Source of the DNA: Candidatus Velthaea sp.
Lineage (GTDB): Bacteria; Vulcanimicrobiota; Vulcanimicrobiia; Vulcanimicrobiales; Vulcanimicrobiaceae
Assembly: GCA_050012475.1 (NCBI GenBank)
Contig: JBEKHC010000028.1
Location: 1 to 51,531 of the forward strand
Direction of reading: 5' to 3'
DNA length: 51,531 nucleotides
Shown here: piece after piece, positions 38,579 through 47,654 of the stretch
Numbering within the stretch: position 1 is the first letter of the stretch
Layout: each line of letters begins with the position of its first letter
Program-made: the position numbers and the translations under genes
The notes under the pieces: generated by a model
Seen by the model: the letters and a program-made list of their open reading frames with translations, nothing else
Database searches by the model: none
What the model was told of the DNA's origin: nothing

Positions 38579-38606
38579 TTACGTAAGCTCGCTTCAGAGA
38601 GGGATG
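38565..38606 (+). promoter_or_regulatory. Hairpin sequestering the TBDT Shine-Dalgarno sequence
   Basis: CATCCC (38565-70)/GGGATG (38601-06) and TCTGA (38574-78)/TCAGA (38594-98) enclose AGAGGGA. Confidence 0.55.
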
Positions 38607-38611
38607 GTCTC

Positions 38612-41074
38612 GTGGGTTTTTTCCGATGCGCACTGCGTGTGGCAGGCGCATGTGCGGCAATTTTTGTGTACGTCGTTTTGGGCCTGGCTGCCGCATCGGC
38701 GCAGTCGGCGGCGGAGCTTTCAGGAACGGTTTCGGCGGGAACGAATCCCGTTGTCGGAGCGGCTGTCACGGTCCAGGGCAGCAATCTCACCTTGCACGCC
38801 AAAACCGATGCGCAAGGAAAATTTCGGTTGGCCGGCGTGCCGATCGGCGCGTACAATGTGAGCGTCGCGAGCCCGTCCGGTGCGGCGTCGTTGCGCGTCG
38901 AGCTTACATCGGCGGGCGCCGCTGTCACGCTGGCGCTCACGCACCTCAAAGAGATCGGGCGCACCTCGGTGACGTCGCGTCCGTCGCTGGGCGGCTCGGG
39001 CACGGATTTGAGTTTGAACAGCGAGCAGCTCAGCCGTTCACCGGCCAGCGGCAGTCTCTCGGGCTTGCTGCTGCAGCTACCCGGTGCGGCACGGGGTGCC
39101 AACGGCGTCGTGCACATCAACGGCGATCACGGCGACATCAACTATATCGTTGACGGCGTTCAGATTCCGCAAGAACTCAACCGCACCATCGGAACGGAGT
39201 TCGACCCGAACGACATCGCGTTCGTCGAAACCCTCCAGGGCGCGTATCCGGCCCAGTACGGCGAGCGTTTTGCATCGGTCATCAACGTCAACACGCGCAA
39301 CGGCAGCGGGGCGCCGGGTTTCGTCACGCAGTTCAACGCCGGCTCGTTCTTTGCCCTCGACGCGGATGTCGCCTATCATGCGAACATCGGCAAGAGCGCC
39401 TTCGTGATCGCGGCACGCAATGAGTCCGGCGATCGGGGACTCGATCCGCCCGATCCGGACTCGCCGCACAACTCGTTCAGCAACGCCAACCAGTTTCTGC
39501 GCTTCACCGCGCCGCGCGGCAACGACTTCGTCAACCTGACGGTGAGCCACGCCTATCAGACCTACCAAATCCCCAACGACATCAACGGCGGGCAGCCCGC
39601 GACGACCGACGACAACGAGACGCAGGACGATCTGTTGGCCGCAATTCAGTATCGGCATCCGCTGGGCGATCACGGCTCGCTCTCGTTCGGACCATCCTTC
39701 AAACGCTCGCAGATTCGCGACACGGGCGATCCGACGAACGATTTCATCTACGGCGAAGCAACCAATCCGGGCGCGCCGACCGATTGCGCGCAGGCGCTGC
39801 TCTCGCACGGCCCGGTCGTCGACGGAATCGTCACCGATCCCGTCGCCAATCCCGCCATCGACGGCGGCAAAGGGTATTCCAACGCGACTTGCGCGTTCTC
39901 GCTGTTCGGCAAACGGACCGCGGTCGACACCGGCGGCAACCTCGACTACGACAACCGCAGCACGCATCACGACGTCCGCTTCGGCGGTCTGTACGATGCG
40001 ACGCACGTCGACAAGACGTATGCCGTCTCGCTGCAGCCGGGCAACTTTCTCGCGCCGATCTTCACACCCCAAACGCCAGGTCTCGCGTACACCGTTGTCG
40101 ACAATTCTCCCAACAGTGGTCACTTGGCGGCCGTCTATCTCCAAGATTCGTGGAAGATGGGCGACGCATACCAGCTCGACTACGGACTGCGCAACGACAC
40201 CTTCGGGGTCTCGTCGGCGCAATTTGCGGCCGGCTACGGGATGACCAGTCCGCGCCTCAAGCTGACGCGCTTTCTCGGCAAGCGGGACAGCGTCTACCTG
40301 TATTACGGCAGGTTCTTCACGCCGTTCTCGCTCGAGAATGTCTCGCCGATCGCGGCGTACACCCTCAATCTGCCGCTGCAGTCGTCCGTCGCGCAGTTCG
40401 ATCTCAAGCCGCAGCGCGACTCGGTCTACGAAGTCGGTACACACATTGGGCTGGGCAAGGGCGATCTTGGCGTTCGGGTCATGCAGAAGAACGCGACGGA
40501 TCTCATCGACGATACGCAAGTCGGCGTCACCGATCTGCATCAGGACATCAACTATTCGCTCGGCCGAATCGCAACCCAGACGGCGTACTACCGGCTGCCG
40601 CTGGCCGGGGCGAGCCGCTTCTATCTCTCGGCCAGCCACACGTACTCGGTCAACAAAGGTTGCGAAACGCAGCTCTTGGCCCCGTGTTTCGGTCAGACCA
40701 GCGATTGGACGCCGGCGGATCACGACCAGCGCGTCGACGTCACGTCCGGGATCATCGCCAACGACCGCAGCGGCGGGTGGATCGCGGTCGACGGTGAGTA
40801 CGGCAGCGGCTTGTCGTCGGCGCAGAATCCGACCGGCGGCATCACCTGCGCCGGGTTCAACGAGGCCGTTGATATCGGCGGTCCGTGTAAGCGCACGCCG
40901 CATCTTACCTTCGACGTGCAGAAGGGCATCGCGATGGGACCGGGTGTGGCGCTGACGCTCAAGATGCAAAACATCTTCAACGATCTGTACGAAGTGACGT
41001 ACCTCAACGCGCAAGGGAACCACTACGCCCCGCCGCGCACGTTCGAGGTGGGCTTGCGCTTCAATACGAAATAG
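38612..41074 (+). CDS. TonB-dependent receptor with N-terminal carboxypeptidase-regulatory-like domain
   Basis: Signal peptide; TDAQGKFRLAGVPIGAY; plug motifs YIVDGV and PAQYG; barrel-type motifs YGLRND, SPRL, NIFN...PRTFEVGLRF. Confidence 0.9.
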   Translation: MGFFRCALRVAGACAAIFVYVVLGLAAASAQSAAELSGTVSAGTNPVVGAAVTVQGSNLTLHAKTDAQGKFRLAGVPIGAYNVSVASPSGAASLRVELTSAGAAVTLALTHLKEIGRTSVTSRPSLGGSGTDLSLNSEQLSRSPASGSLSGLLLQLPGAARGANGVVHINGDHGDINYIVDGVQIPQELNRTIGTEFDPNDIAFVETLQGAYPAQYGERFASVINVNTRNGSGAPGFVTQFNAGSFFALDADVAYHANIGKSAFVIAARNESGDRGLDPPDPDSPHNSFSNANQFLRFTAPRGNDFVNLTVSHAYQTYQIPNDINGGQPATTDDNETQDDLLAAIQYRHPLGDHGSLSFGPSFKRSQIRDTGDPTNDFIYGEATNPGAPTDCAQALLSHGPVVDGIVTDPVANPAIDGGKGYSNATCAFSLFGKRTAVDTGGNLDYDNRSTHHDVRFGGLYDATHVDKTYAVSLQPGNFLAPIFTPQTPGLAYTVVDNSPNSGHLAAVYLQDSWKMGDAYQLDYGLRNDTFGVSSAQFAAGYGMTSPRLKLTRFLGKRDSVYLYYGRFFTPFSLENVSPIAAYTLNLPLQSSVAQFDLKPQRDSVYEVGTHIGLGKGDLGVRVMQKNATDLIDDTQVGVTDLHQDINYSLGRIATQTAYYRLPLAGASRFYLSASHTYSVNKGCETQLLAPCFGQTSDWTPADHDQRVDVTSGIIANDRSGGWIAVDGEYGSGLSSAQNPTGGITCAGFNEAVDIGGPCKRTPHLTFDVQKGIAMGPGVALTLKMQNIFNDLYEVTYLNAQGNHYAPPRTFEVGLRFNTK

Positions 41075-41199
41075 CGGAGCTTCGTCGAGCTCCCGGGGCG
41101 CCGGCCAATTCGCGCCGGCGCCGGAGCGGGCGTTAAATGCGCGTTAGATTGGGCGGTTCGGGCATTCGTTTGTGAACGCGCTGCGCTATGATTGAGGTC

Positions 41200-42681
41200 A
41201 TGGATGACGCCCTTCACCCGTTTCGGCCGCAGGGCGCATTACCGGCGGCGCCGCTGGCCGCATACCGCGGCCCCTGGAATGCGCGTCTTGCCGCGCACCT
41301 CCTGCGACGGGCGGGCTTCGGCGGCGCGCCGGCAGAGATTGCGCGGTTCGCGCAGGGGTCGATGCATGATGCCGTGACATCGCTGGTACTCTTTCCGTCG
41401 GCGGCGAATCTCCCGAGCGGTCCGGACGATCTGCCTTCTGACGGCGAACTTGCCGCGCGCATCTTGGCTGTGCGCGCTGGGGAAGAGCCCGGTGCGGCGC
41501 CCGATGCGAACGCCGTGGCGATGCGCGAACAGCTCAGGGCACTGGTGCGCCGGGCAATCATCTCGCTGCAGCTTTGGTGGATCGACCGCATGATCGCGAC
41601 GCCTGCACCGCTGCAAGAAAAGATGACGCTGTTCTGGCACGGTCATTTCACGACGGCGGCGGTGCAGAAAGGTGTTTCGCCGGCCGCGACCCTCGCCCAA
41701 AATGCCCTGTTCCGGTCGTTCGCGCTGGGAAACGTGCGCGAATTAACGCAGCGCGTTGCCGTGGATCCCGCCATGCTGCGCTACCTCGACAACATTCACA
41801 ACGAAGCAGCGCACCCCAACGAGAATTTTGCGCGCGAGCTCATCGAACTGTACACCCTGGGCATCGGCAACTATACCGAGAGCGACGTGCGCGAAGCCGC
41901 GCGCGCCTGGACCGGCTTGCGCATTCGCCGAGCCACCGGCGAAGTATACCTCAACGAGCGGCTCCACGACGCCGGATCGAAAACGTTTCTGGGGCGCACG
42001 GGAAACTTCGGCGGTTCGGAAATCATCGACATCATCTTCCAACAGCCTGCCGCGGCACGCTACTTTGCCACAAAGCTGTTGACGTTCTTCGTGTATGCCG
42101 ACCCCGAACCGGAACTCGTCGATGCCGTGGCCGGCCTTCTGCGCACGCACGATTTCGCGCTCGCGCCGGTCATGACTGCGCTCTTGTCGTCGAACGTCTT
42201 CTACTCGGCGCGGGCGTACCGGGCGCTGGTCAAGAGCCCGGTCGAGTTCGTCGTCGGCAGCTACCGGCTCTTCGGCGTTCCGGCGGCGCAGCCCGAAGCG
42301 CTGGGAGCGCTGCGGCGGATGACACAGGTCTTGTTTTATCCGCCCAATGTCAAAGGTTGGCCGGGCGGCAGCGCATGGCTCAATACGTCCACGGTGCTGG
42401 CGCGCGAGAATTTCGCCAATGCGCTCATGACCGCGAACGTCGTCAACGATTCGAGTTGGCTGCTCGCGGCCGGCCCCGGCAACGTGGAGCGGGCTGCTGC
42501 CGCGATCGTCGACGCCATCGTTCAGAACGACGTTTCGACGGCAGCCCGCAGCCGGCTCGAAGCCTACTTAGCCGGAACCGATAGCGCGGCGCTGGGCGCG
42601 CTCTCGGCCGAGAACTTCGACCAGCGGATGCGCGGCGGCGCGTATCTGACGATGGCGATGCCCGCCTACCAACTCGCGTGA
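41200..42681 (+). CDS. DUF1800 family protein
   Basis: HLLRRAGFG, EKMTLFWHGHF, PAMLRYLDN, NENFARELIELYTLG, KSPVE, PPNVKGW; start could be 41188. Confidence 0.92.
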   Translation: MDDALHPFRPQGALPAAPLAAYRGPWNARLAAHLLRRAGFGGAPAEIARFAQGSMHDAVTSLVLFPSAANLPSGPDDLPSDGELAARILAVRAGEEPGAAPDANAVAMREQLRALVRRAIISLQLWWIDRMIATPAPLQEKMTLFWHGHFTTAAVQKGVSPAATLAQNALFRSFALGNVRELTQRVAVDPAMLRYLDNIHNEAAHPNENFARELIELYTLGIGNYTESDVREAARAWTGLRIRRATGEVYLNERLHDAGSKTFLGRTGNFGGSEIIDIIFQQPAAARYFATKLLTFFVYADPEPELVDAVAGLLRTHDFALAPVMTALLSSNVFYSARAYRALVKSPVEFVVGSYRLFGVPAAQPEALGALRRMTQVLFYPPNVKGWPGGSAWLNTSTVLARENFANALMTANVVNDSSWLLAAGPGNVERAAAAIVDAIVQNDVSTAARSRLEAYLAGTDSAALGALSAENFDQRMRGGAYLTMAMPAYQLA

Positions 42682-42694
42682 GAAAGTGCGACGC

Positions 42695-43921
42695 ATGATG
42701 AAGCGCTCCCGGTTTCTGCTCGGCTCGTGTGCGGGATTGAGCCTGGCCGCGAAGGCCGACAACCTGTTTGCGCGGTCGCTGGCGAGCCCGGCGCTGCCCG
42801 ATGCGTCCGCCGGCGCAGCGGATCGGGTGCTTGTCGTCGTCAACCTGCAAGGCGGGAACGATGGACTCAACACCGTCGTGCCGTATGCTCAGCCGGCGTA
42901 TTACCGCTATCGGCCGACGCTCGGCGTGGCGCCGAACGACGTGCTGCGCATCGACGCAGCAATCGGCTTGAACCCGGCGCTGGCGCCGCTCAAAGCGTTG
43001 TACGATCGGGGGTTGGTCGCCATCGTTCAGGGCGCAGGGTACCCCAATCCCGATCATTCGCATTTTCGGTCGACCGAGATTTGGCAAACGGCCGTGCCGG
43101 ACTCGTATGCGGCGACGGGCTGGCTCGGCCGGTATCTCGACACGGCAGGTGTTCCCGAGCAGAACCTCTTCAACGCGGTTGCGCTGGCACCGGTGCTGCC
43201 CGAAGCGCTCATCGCGCGCAGCGTGGATGTGCCGGCGATCGATTCGTTACGCGGCTACGGGCTTGCCAGCGATCGCAATCGCAGTCAGCGCGCGGCGTTC
43301 GCCGGCGTTGCAAGCGACACGCGCTTGCCGTTTACCTCGCCATTTTTGGCCTCGGTCGCGCAGATCGAGGACCAGGCCGAACGGGGCGCGGCGGAGCTTC
43401 CGAAGCTCGTCGGCGGTTATACGACGACGGCCCAATACCCCGCCACGCCCTTGGGCCGCAGCCTGGCGCTCGCGGCGCAAATCATCGGCAGCCAATTAGG
43501 CACGCGCGTGCTGTACGTGCAGCACGGTTCGTTCGATACGCACGTCTCGCAAAAAGTCACCCAGGATCGTCTGCTGCGCGAGCTTGCCGACGGGCTCAGC
43601 GCGTTTTACAACGATCTCGCCGCTCACGGCAACGACCGCCGCACGCTGACGATGACGTTTTCGGAGTTCGGCCGCCGCGTGGCGGAAAACGCGAACCGCG
43701 GAACCGATCATGGCGAAGCCGCGCCGATGTTTCTGATCGGCGGCAGCGTGCGCGGCGGCGTGTACGGGGCGCATCCGTCGCTCGACCGGCTCGACAACGG
43801 CGATGCCGTCTTCACCGTCGACTTCCGCAGCGTCTATACGACGGTGGTGGAGAAGTGGTTCGGCCGCCCGGCGACGAGCGTCATCAGCGGTTCCTTTCCG
43901 TCGCTCGCCATGCTCGCGTAA
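42695..43921 (+). CDS. DUF1501 family protein with Tat-like leader
   Basis: GGNDGLN, SHFRS, FDTH, FSEFGRR, GTDHG, DFRSVY. Confidence 0.92.
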   Translation: MMKRSRFLLGSCAGLSLAAKADNLFARSLASPALPDASAGAADRVLVVVNLQGGNDGLNTVVPYAQPAYYRYRPTLGVAPNDVLRIDAAIGLNPALAPLKALYDRGLVAIVQGAGYPNPDHSHFRSTEIWQTAVPDSYAATGWLGRYLDTAGVPEQNLFNAVALAPVLPEALIARSVDVPAIDSLRGYGLASDRNRSQRAAFAGVASDTRLPFTSPFLASVAQIEDQAERGAAELPKLVGGYTTTAQYPATPLGRSLALAAQIIGSQLGTRVLYVQHGSFDTHVSQKVTQDRLLRELADGLSAFYNDLAAHGNDRRTLTMTFSEFGRRVAENANRGTDHGEAAPMFLIGGSVRGGVYGAHPSLDRLDNGDAVFTVDFRSVYTTVVEKWFGRPATSVISGSFPSLAMLA

Positions 43922-44158
43922 GGGCACGGGTTTCGATTTCTTCGTGCTCGCGGACACGGCAACGTTCGCCCTGGGGCATGCGTCGATCGCGACCGCCCGC
44001 CGCGATCTGTCCGCCCGACCCCGCTAAATCCGGCGGCGATTATCTTGCCGTCTGACGAAGAGAAGAAGCAGCCAGTTCTGCCGCTTTTGCCAATCGTCGT
44101 CGCGTGGATCGCGACCCGGCGGCTTGCGGCTGACACCATGCACCTGAGGTAAACACCG

Positions 44159-44608
44159 ATGCCCGAAGAGATCGTCCCACTCATCAGCTCCAGCGTAGCG
44201 GGCCCGCTCGGCATCCGGCACTTGCCGCGCCTGTGGCTCAAGATCTCGCTTTACGCCTCCGGCCGGCTGCCGGAGGGCTACCGGCACGGCGCCGGTGGGT
44301 TCGACGAGCTGCTCACCGGCAGCCTCGGCATCGACAACGCGCGCTTCGTCGCCTATATCGAGAACGAGAAGCCCAGCTATCTGCAGCTCGAAGCATGGGT
44401 AAACGAGCACGCGCGCAACCTCACGCCGGAGTCGGTGGCGGCGTTCAACCACAAGATCCTCACGCGCGACATGAACGCCGAGATGGCCGCCGAGCGGCGC
44501 GAACGCTTCGGCATCGCCGACCCCACGTTCGCGCATGGGGTCAGCCTCAACGATCTCGACGACTGGGACGAGGCACACCGCCGGCTCACGAACGTCGAGG
44601 GCCCGTAG
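44159..44608 (+). CDS. DUF5069-like protein
   Basis: GPLGIRHLPRLWLK...GRLPEGY...LNDLDDW; RBS GAGGT. Confidence 0.75.
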   Translation: MPEEIVPLISSSVAGPLGIRHLPRLWLKISLYASGRLPEGYRHGAGGFDELLTGSLGIDNARFVAYIENEKPSYLQLEAWVNEHARNLTPESVAAFNHKILTRDMNAEMAAERRERFGIADPTFAHGVSLNDLDDWDEAHRRLTNVEGP

Positions 44609-44742
44609 CTGCAAGAGGTCCCAACCGCTTGCGGCGAACAGTGGCGCCCGCCGCAGACAACCTTGCTGCCCGGCTTGATGTCAAAGTTCGAGGCCATTGC
44701 GCTGCACCCTAAACGCCTTCGGAAGCCACAGACGCTTCCCGT

Positions 44743-46632
44743 TCAGGGCGGCGACGGATTCGTTTTCGGGCGCGGATTGAAATCGGCCGGGATAAAATTT
44801 TCGATGTGCATCGCCCGGTCGACCGGAACGATGCCGATCGCCGCGCAGCCGTATCCGGTCTGCTGAGGCAGCGTTCGCACCAGCGCATCAGGCACGATGG
44901 CGAGCCGGGCCGGCAGCGGCGGCGCGGTGCCGCGCAGCCGGTTGGGGTCGAAGGCCGAGAGCAGGTCGCTGATGCGCGGATCGGCATCGACGGGGCCGAA
45001 GTCGCCGGGGCCGAACAGCGAGCGCGCGTGGTCGGCAGCGCGTTTTTCGTCCGGCAGCGCTTCGAGCGGGGTCAACCCGAAGACCGTATCGACCAGCTTG
45101 ACGACCGAAGCGTGGTCGCCGATGTCGTGCACGATCGCGTGCGTCTTGGCAAACGGAGAAATGACGATGAGCGGCACGCGCGGTCCGTCGCTTTGAGGTG
45201 CTTCACCGGGGATCTGATGCCGGATGCGCGGCACGACGTGGTCGTAGTCGCCCTCGGAATCATCCCAAGTGAGCACGATCGCGCTTTGCTTCCAGTACGG
45301 GCTGCGCGCGATTCGATTGACGAGATCGGCGACCATCGCCTCACTGATCTGACTGTCGGAATACGCCGGATGATCGTCGTCGCCGACGAAGCGCGTCTGC
45401 ACCGCGGTGTCGGGATCGGCCGGCTTGAGCCCGAGCAGATTCCGATACCCGCCCTTGAGGTAGAAGACACCCTCCGGCGGCAGGGCGCGTCGATCGATCG
45501 CGCGCCGGAAATCGTCGAGACCGTGGAGATGCGCGGACATCGCCGGGTTGTTCGCGACGTAGCCGAAATATTGCGGGCCGTTGTGATGGGTGACGTATCC
45601 GGCATGCCGGCCATCGGCGGTCTCCGGTCCGTCGTCGGGATTGCTCGGTTCGCGGTCGTAGCCTTCCTCGTACCACGCCCAAGGTGTCGCGGCGGCGCCG
45701 GTTTGCGAGATTGCCCCGACGTCGTCACCGACGTCGCGCAGATCGCCCGCGCCGTCGCGGTCGCTCTTCACCGTGGCCGCGAGCTGTCCGCCCATGAGCG
45801 TCAGCGGCAAGGATGCGAACGTGAGATTGCGCTGCGTGCCGTAGCCGGGGAAATCGGCGGGATTTACCGGCATCTTGCCGCTGGCCGTCGTGTCCGACGG
45901 CGAACCCCAAAACGGATCCGAGTCGTCAAGTACCGGAACGCCGGCACCGGCATCACCGTTGGCGCCGCCGGCGGCTTCGTCGGGGTGCAGGATGCGTTGG
46001 GTAATGCCGGTTTGGGCTGCGATGATCGAAAGGTTGCCCGGCGTCGATGGCCCGGTCATGAGTTGATAGACGTGATCGAAGAGGGCGAAGCGATTGGCAT
46101 ATTGCCACAGAAACGGCACCGTGTCGCAGTCTTCGTACGCCATCGTGAGTTCGCCGAATTGCTTGGCCTGCAGCGATGGGTTGCCCGTCGGAGAGAAACG
46201 CCGTTCCTCGGTGAGTGCGAACCGGTCCATCTGCGGAATGCCGTCGACGATATCCATTTTCGTGACCAGCCCGGTGTGCGAGTGATCGACGTCGTCGGTA
46301 TCCGACGCATATTGCACCGGGCCGATCCGAAATGGATGGATCGCCAGCGTGGTGCCGTCGGTGTCGAGCAGCGGTTGGGCGAACCCGGCGGGTAAGGCCG
46401 GAGCATGCGAAAAGAAGCCTTCGGCACCGGGAAACGTGCCGAAGTACGAATCGAACGAGCGGTTCTCTTGGTAGATGACGAAAACGTATTTGATTTTTTG
46501 GCGCACGAGTGCGCTGAGCGATTCGCCGTTCGACGCACGTGCCTGGGGCGCAAAAGCGGACCCCGCCGAGAGCACCGTCAGGACGAGCGCGGCGAGCGCT
46601 GGCGCGATCTTGCTGCTGGACGGACGAAACAC
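44743..46632 (-). CDS. Secreted phosphoesterase (phospholipase C/acid phosphatase AcpA family)
   Basis: IKYVFVIYQENRSFDSYFG, GPSTPGN, DDHP, WDDSEGDYDHV, GPRVPLIVISPFAK. Confidence 0.9.
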   Translation of the reverse strand: MFRPSSSKIAPALAALVLTVLSAGSAFAPQARASNGESLSALVRQKIKYVFVIYQENRSFDSYFGTFPGAEGFFSHAPALPAGFAQPLLDTDGTTLAIHPFRIGPVQYASDTDDVDHSHTGLVTKMDIVDGIPQMDRFALTEERRFSPTGNPSLQAKQFGELTMAYEDCDTVPFLWQYANRFALFDHVYQLMTGPSTPGNLSIIAAQTGITQRILHPDEAAGGANGDAGAGVPVLDDSDPFWGSPSDTTASGKMPVNPADFPGYGTQRNLTFASLPLTLMGGQLAATVKSDRDGAGDLRDVGDDVGAISQTGAAATPWAWYEEGYDREPSNPDDGPETADGRHAGYVTHHNGPQYFGYVANNPAMSAHLHGLDDFRRAIDRRALPPEGVFYLKGGYRNLLGLKPADPDTAVQTRFVGDDDHPAYSDSQISEAMVADLVNRIARSPYWKQSAIVLTWDDSEGDYDHVVPRIRHQIPGEAPQSDGPRVPLIVISPFAKTHAIVHDIGDHASVVKLVDTVFGLTPLEALPDEKRAADHARSLFGPGDFGPVDADPRISDLLSAFDPNRLRGTAPPLPARLAIVPDALVRTLPQQTGYGCAAIGIVPVDRAMHIENFIPADFNPRPKTNPSPP

Positions 46633-46787
46633 GACGGCTCCTTGGGGTGCGGCGCTGTTTTGGCGTTCGGCGCGGCCGGTTCGGATGGCCTTTCCCGATC
46701 GGTGGACGCAGGGTATCGCCGCTGCCGCCGACCTGCGGGTCGTGCGCGCGCGGGCGAGCGGAGACGGGAGGCCGAAGCTGCCGTCTC

Positions 46788-47654
46788 ATGGACGAGTTTC
46801 ACTTCGCCGGCGATCAGCTCGCGGTAACCGTCAAGGCGCAGGGCGCCGAACTGCGTTCGCTCGTCCACGCGCGATTCGGCGAGATGCTCTGGCAAGCCGG
46901 CCCGATCTGGCCGCAGCACGCGCCCAATCTCTTCCCGATCGTGGGTCAGCTCGCGGGCGACACCTATCGCTATGGCGGCGCAACGTACGAGCTGCCGCGG
47001 CACGGTTTTGCGCGCCGGCAACGCTTCACGTGGATCGCCTGCAGCGCCGGCGGCTGCGAGCTCGAACTTCACGACGACGCACAAACGCAAGCGGCATACC
47101 CGTTCGCGTTCCGGCTGACCATCGCATACGCGGTCGCCGGCGACACCCTGAGCGTCACGTACCGCGTGCGCAATACGGGCGACGACGTCTTGCCGGCGTC
47201 GGTCGGCGCTCACCCGGCGTTTCGCTGGCCGCTCGCCGCGGGGATCGCAAAAGCGGCGCACACGCTGACGTTCGCGCAGCCCGAGCCGGAGCCGATCCGC
47301 CGGCTGGACGACGGCCTGCTCAAATCCGAAACGTTCGCCACGCCGATCGTCGGGCGCACCCTGCAGCTCGACGAGTCGCTGTTCGACGCCGATGCGATCA
47401 TCCTCGACCGCCCGGCAAGCACCTCGGTGCGCTACACGGCGCCCGGCGCGCCGCTGATCGACGTCGAGTGGGAGCGCTTTCGCGAGTTGGGGGTGTGGTC
47501 CAAACGCGGCGGCGACTTTCTGTGCATCGAACCGTGGTACGGCTATGCCAGTCCGGTCGGGTTCGATGGCTCCTTCGAGCGCAAACCGGGATTGCTGCTG
47601 ATAGCGCCGGGCGAAACAGAGGTTCTCACGTTGCGCATTCGGATCGGGGAATAG
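46788..47654 (+). CDS. Aldose 1-epimerase family protein (LacX-like)
   Basis: GAEL, APNLFPIVG, RHGFAR, YPFAF, GAHPAF, CIEPW. Confidence 0.92.
   Translation: MDEFHFAGDQLAVTVKAQGAELRSLVHARFGEMLWQAGPIWPQHAPNLFPIVGQLAGDTYRYGGATYELPRHGFARRQRFTWIACSAGGCELELHDDAQTQAAYPFAFRLTIAYAVAGDTLSVTYRVRNTGDDVLPASVGAHPAFRWPLAAGIAKAAHTLTFAQPEPEPIRRLDDGLLKSETFATPIVGRTLQLDESLFDADAIILDRPASTSVRYTAPGAPLIDVEWERFRELGVWSKRGGDFLCIEPWYGYASPVGFDGSFERKPGLLLIAPGETEVLTLRIRIGE

Noticed and set aside
39077..41023. Long antisense ORFs (648 aa here; also 35445..37157, 44806..46395 and others)
   Set aside because: Typical high-GC shadow frames opposite well-supported genes, with no recognisable motifs.
47626..47654. 29-bp convergent overlap of the epimerase and phosphatase genes as a regulatory device
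   Set aside because: Short 3' overlaps are common and the overlapping tail is low-complexity.
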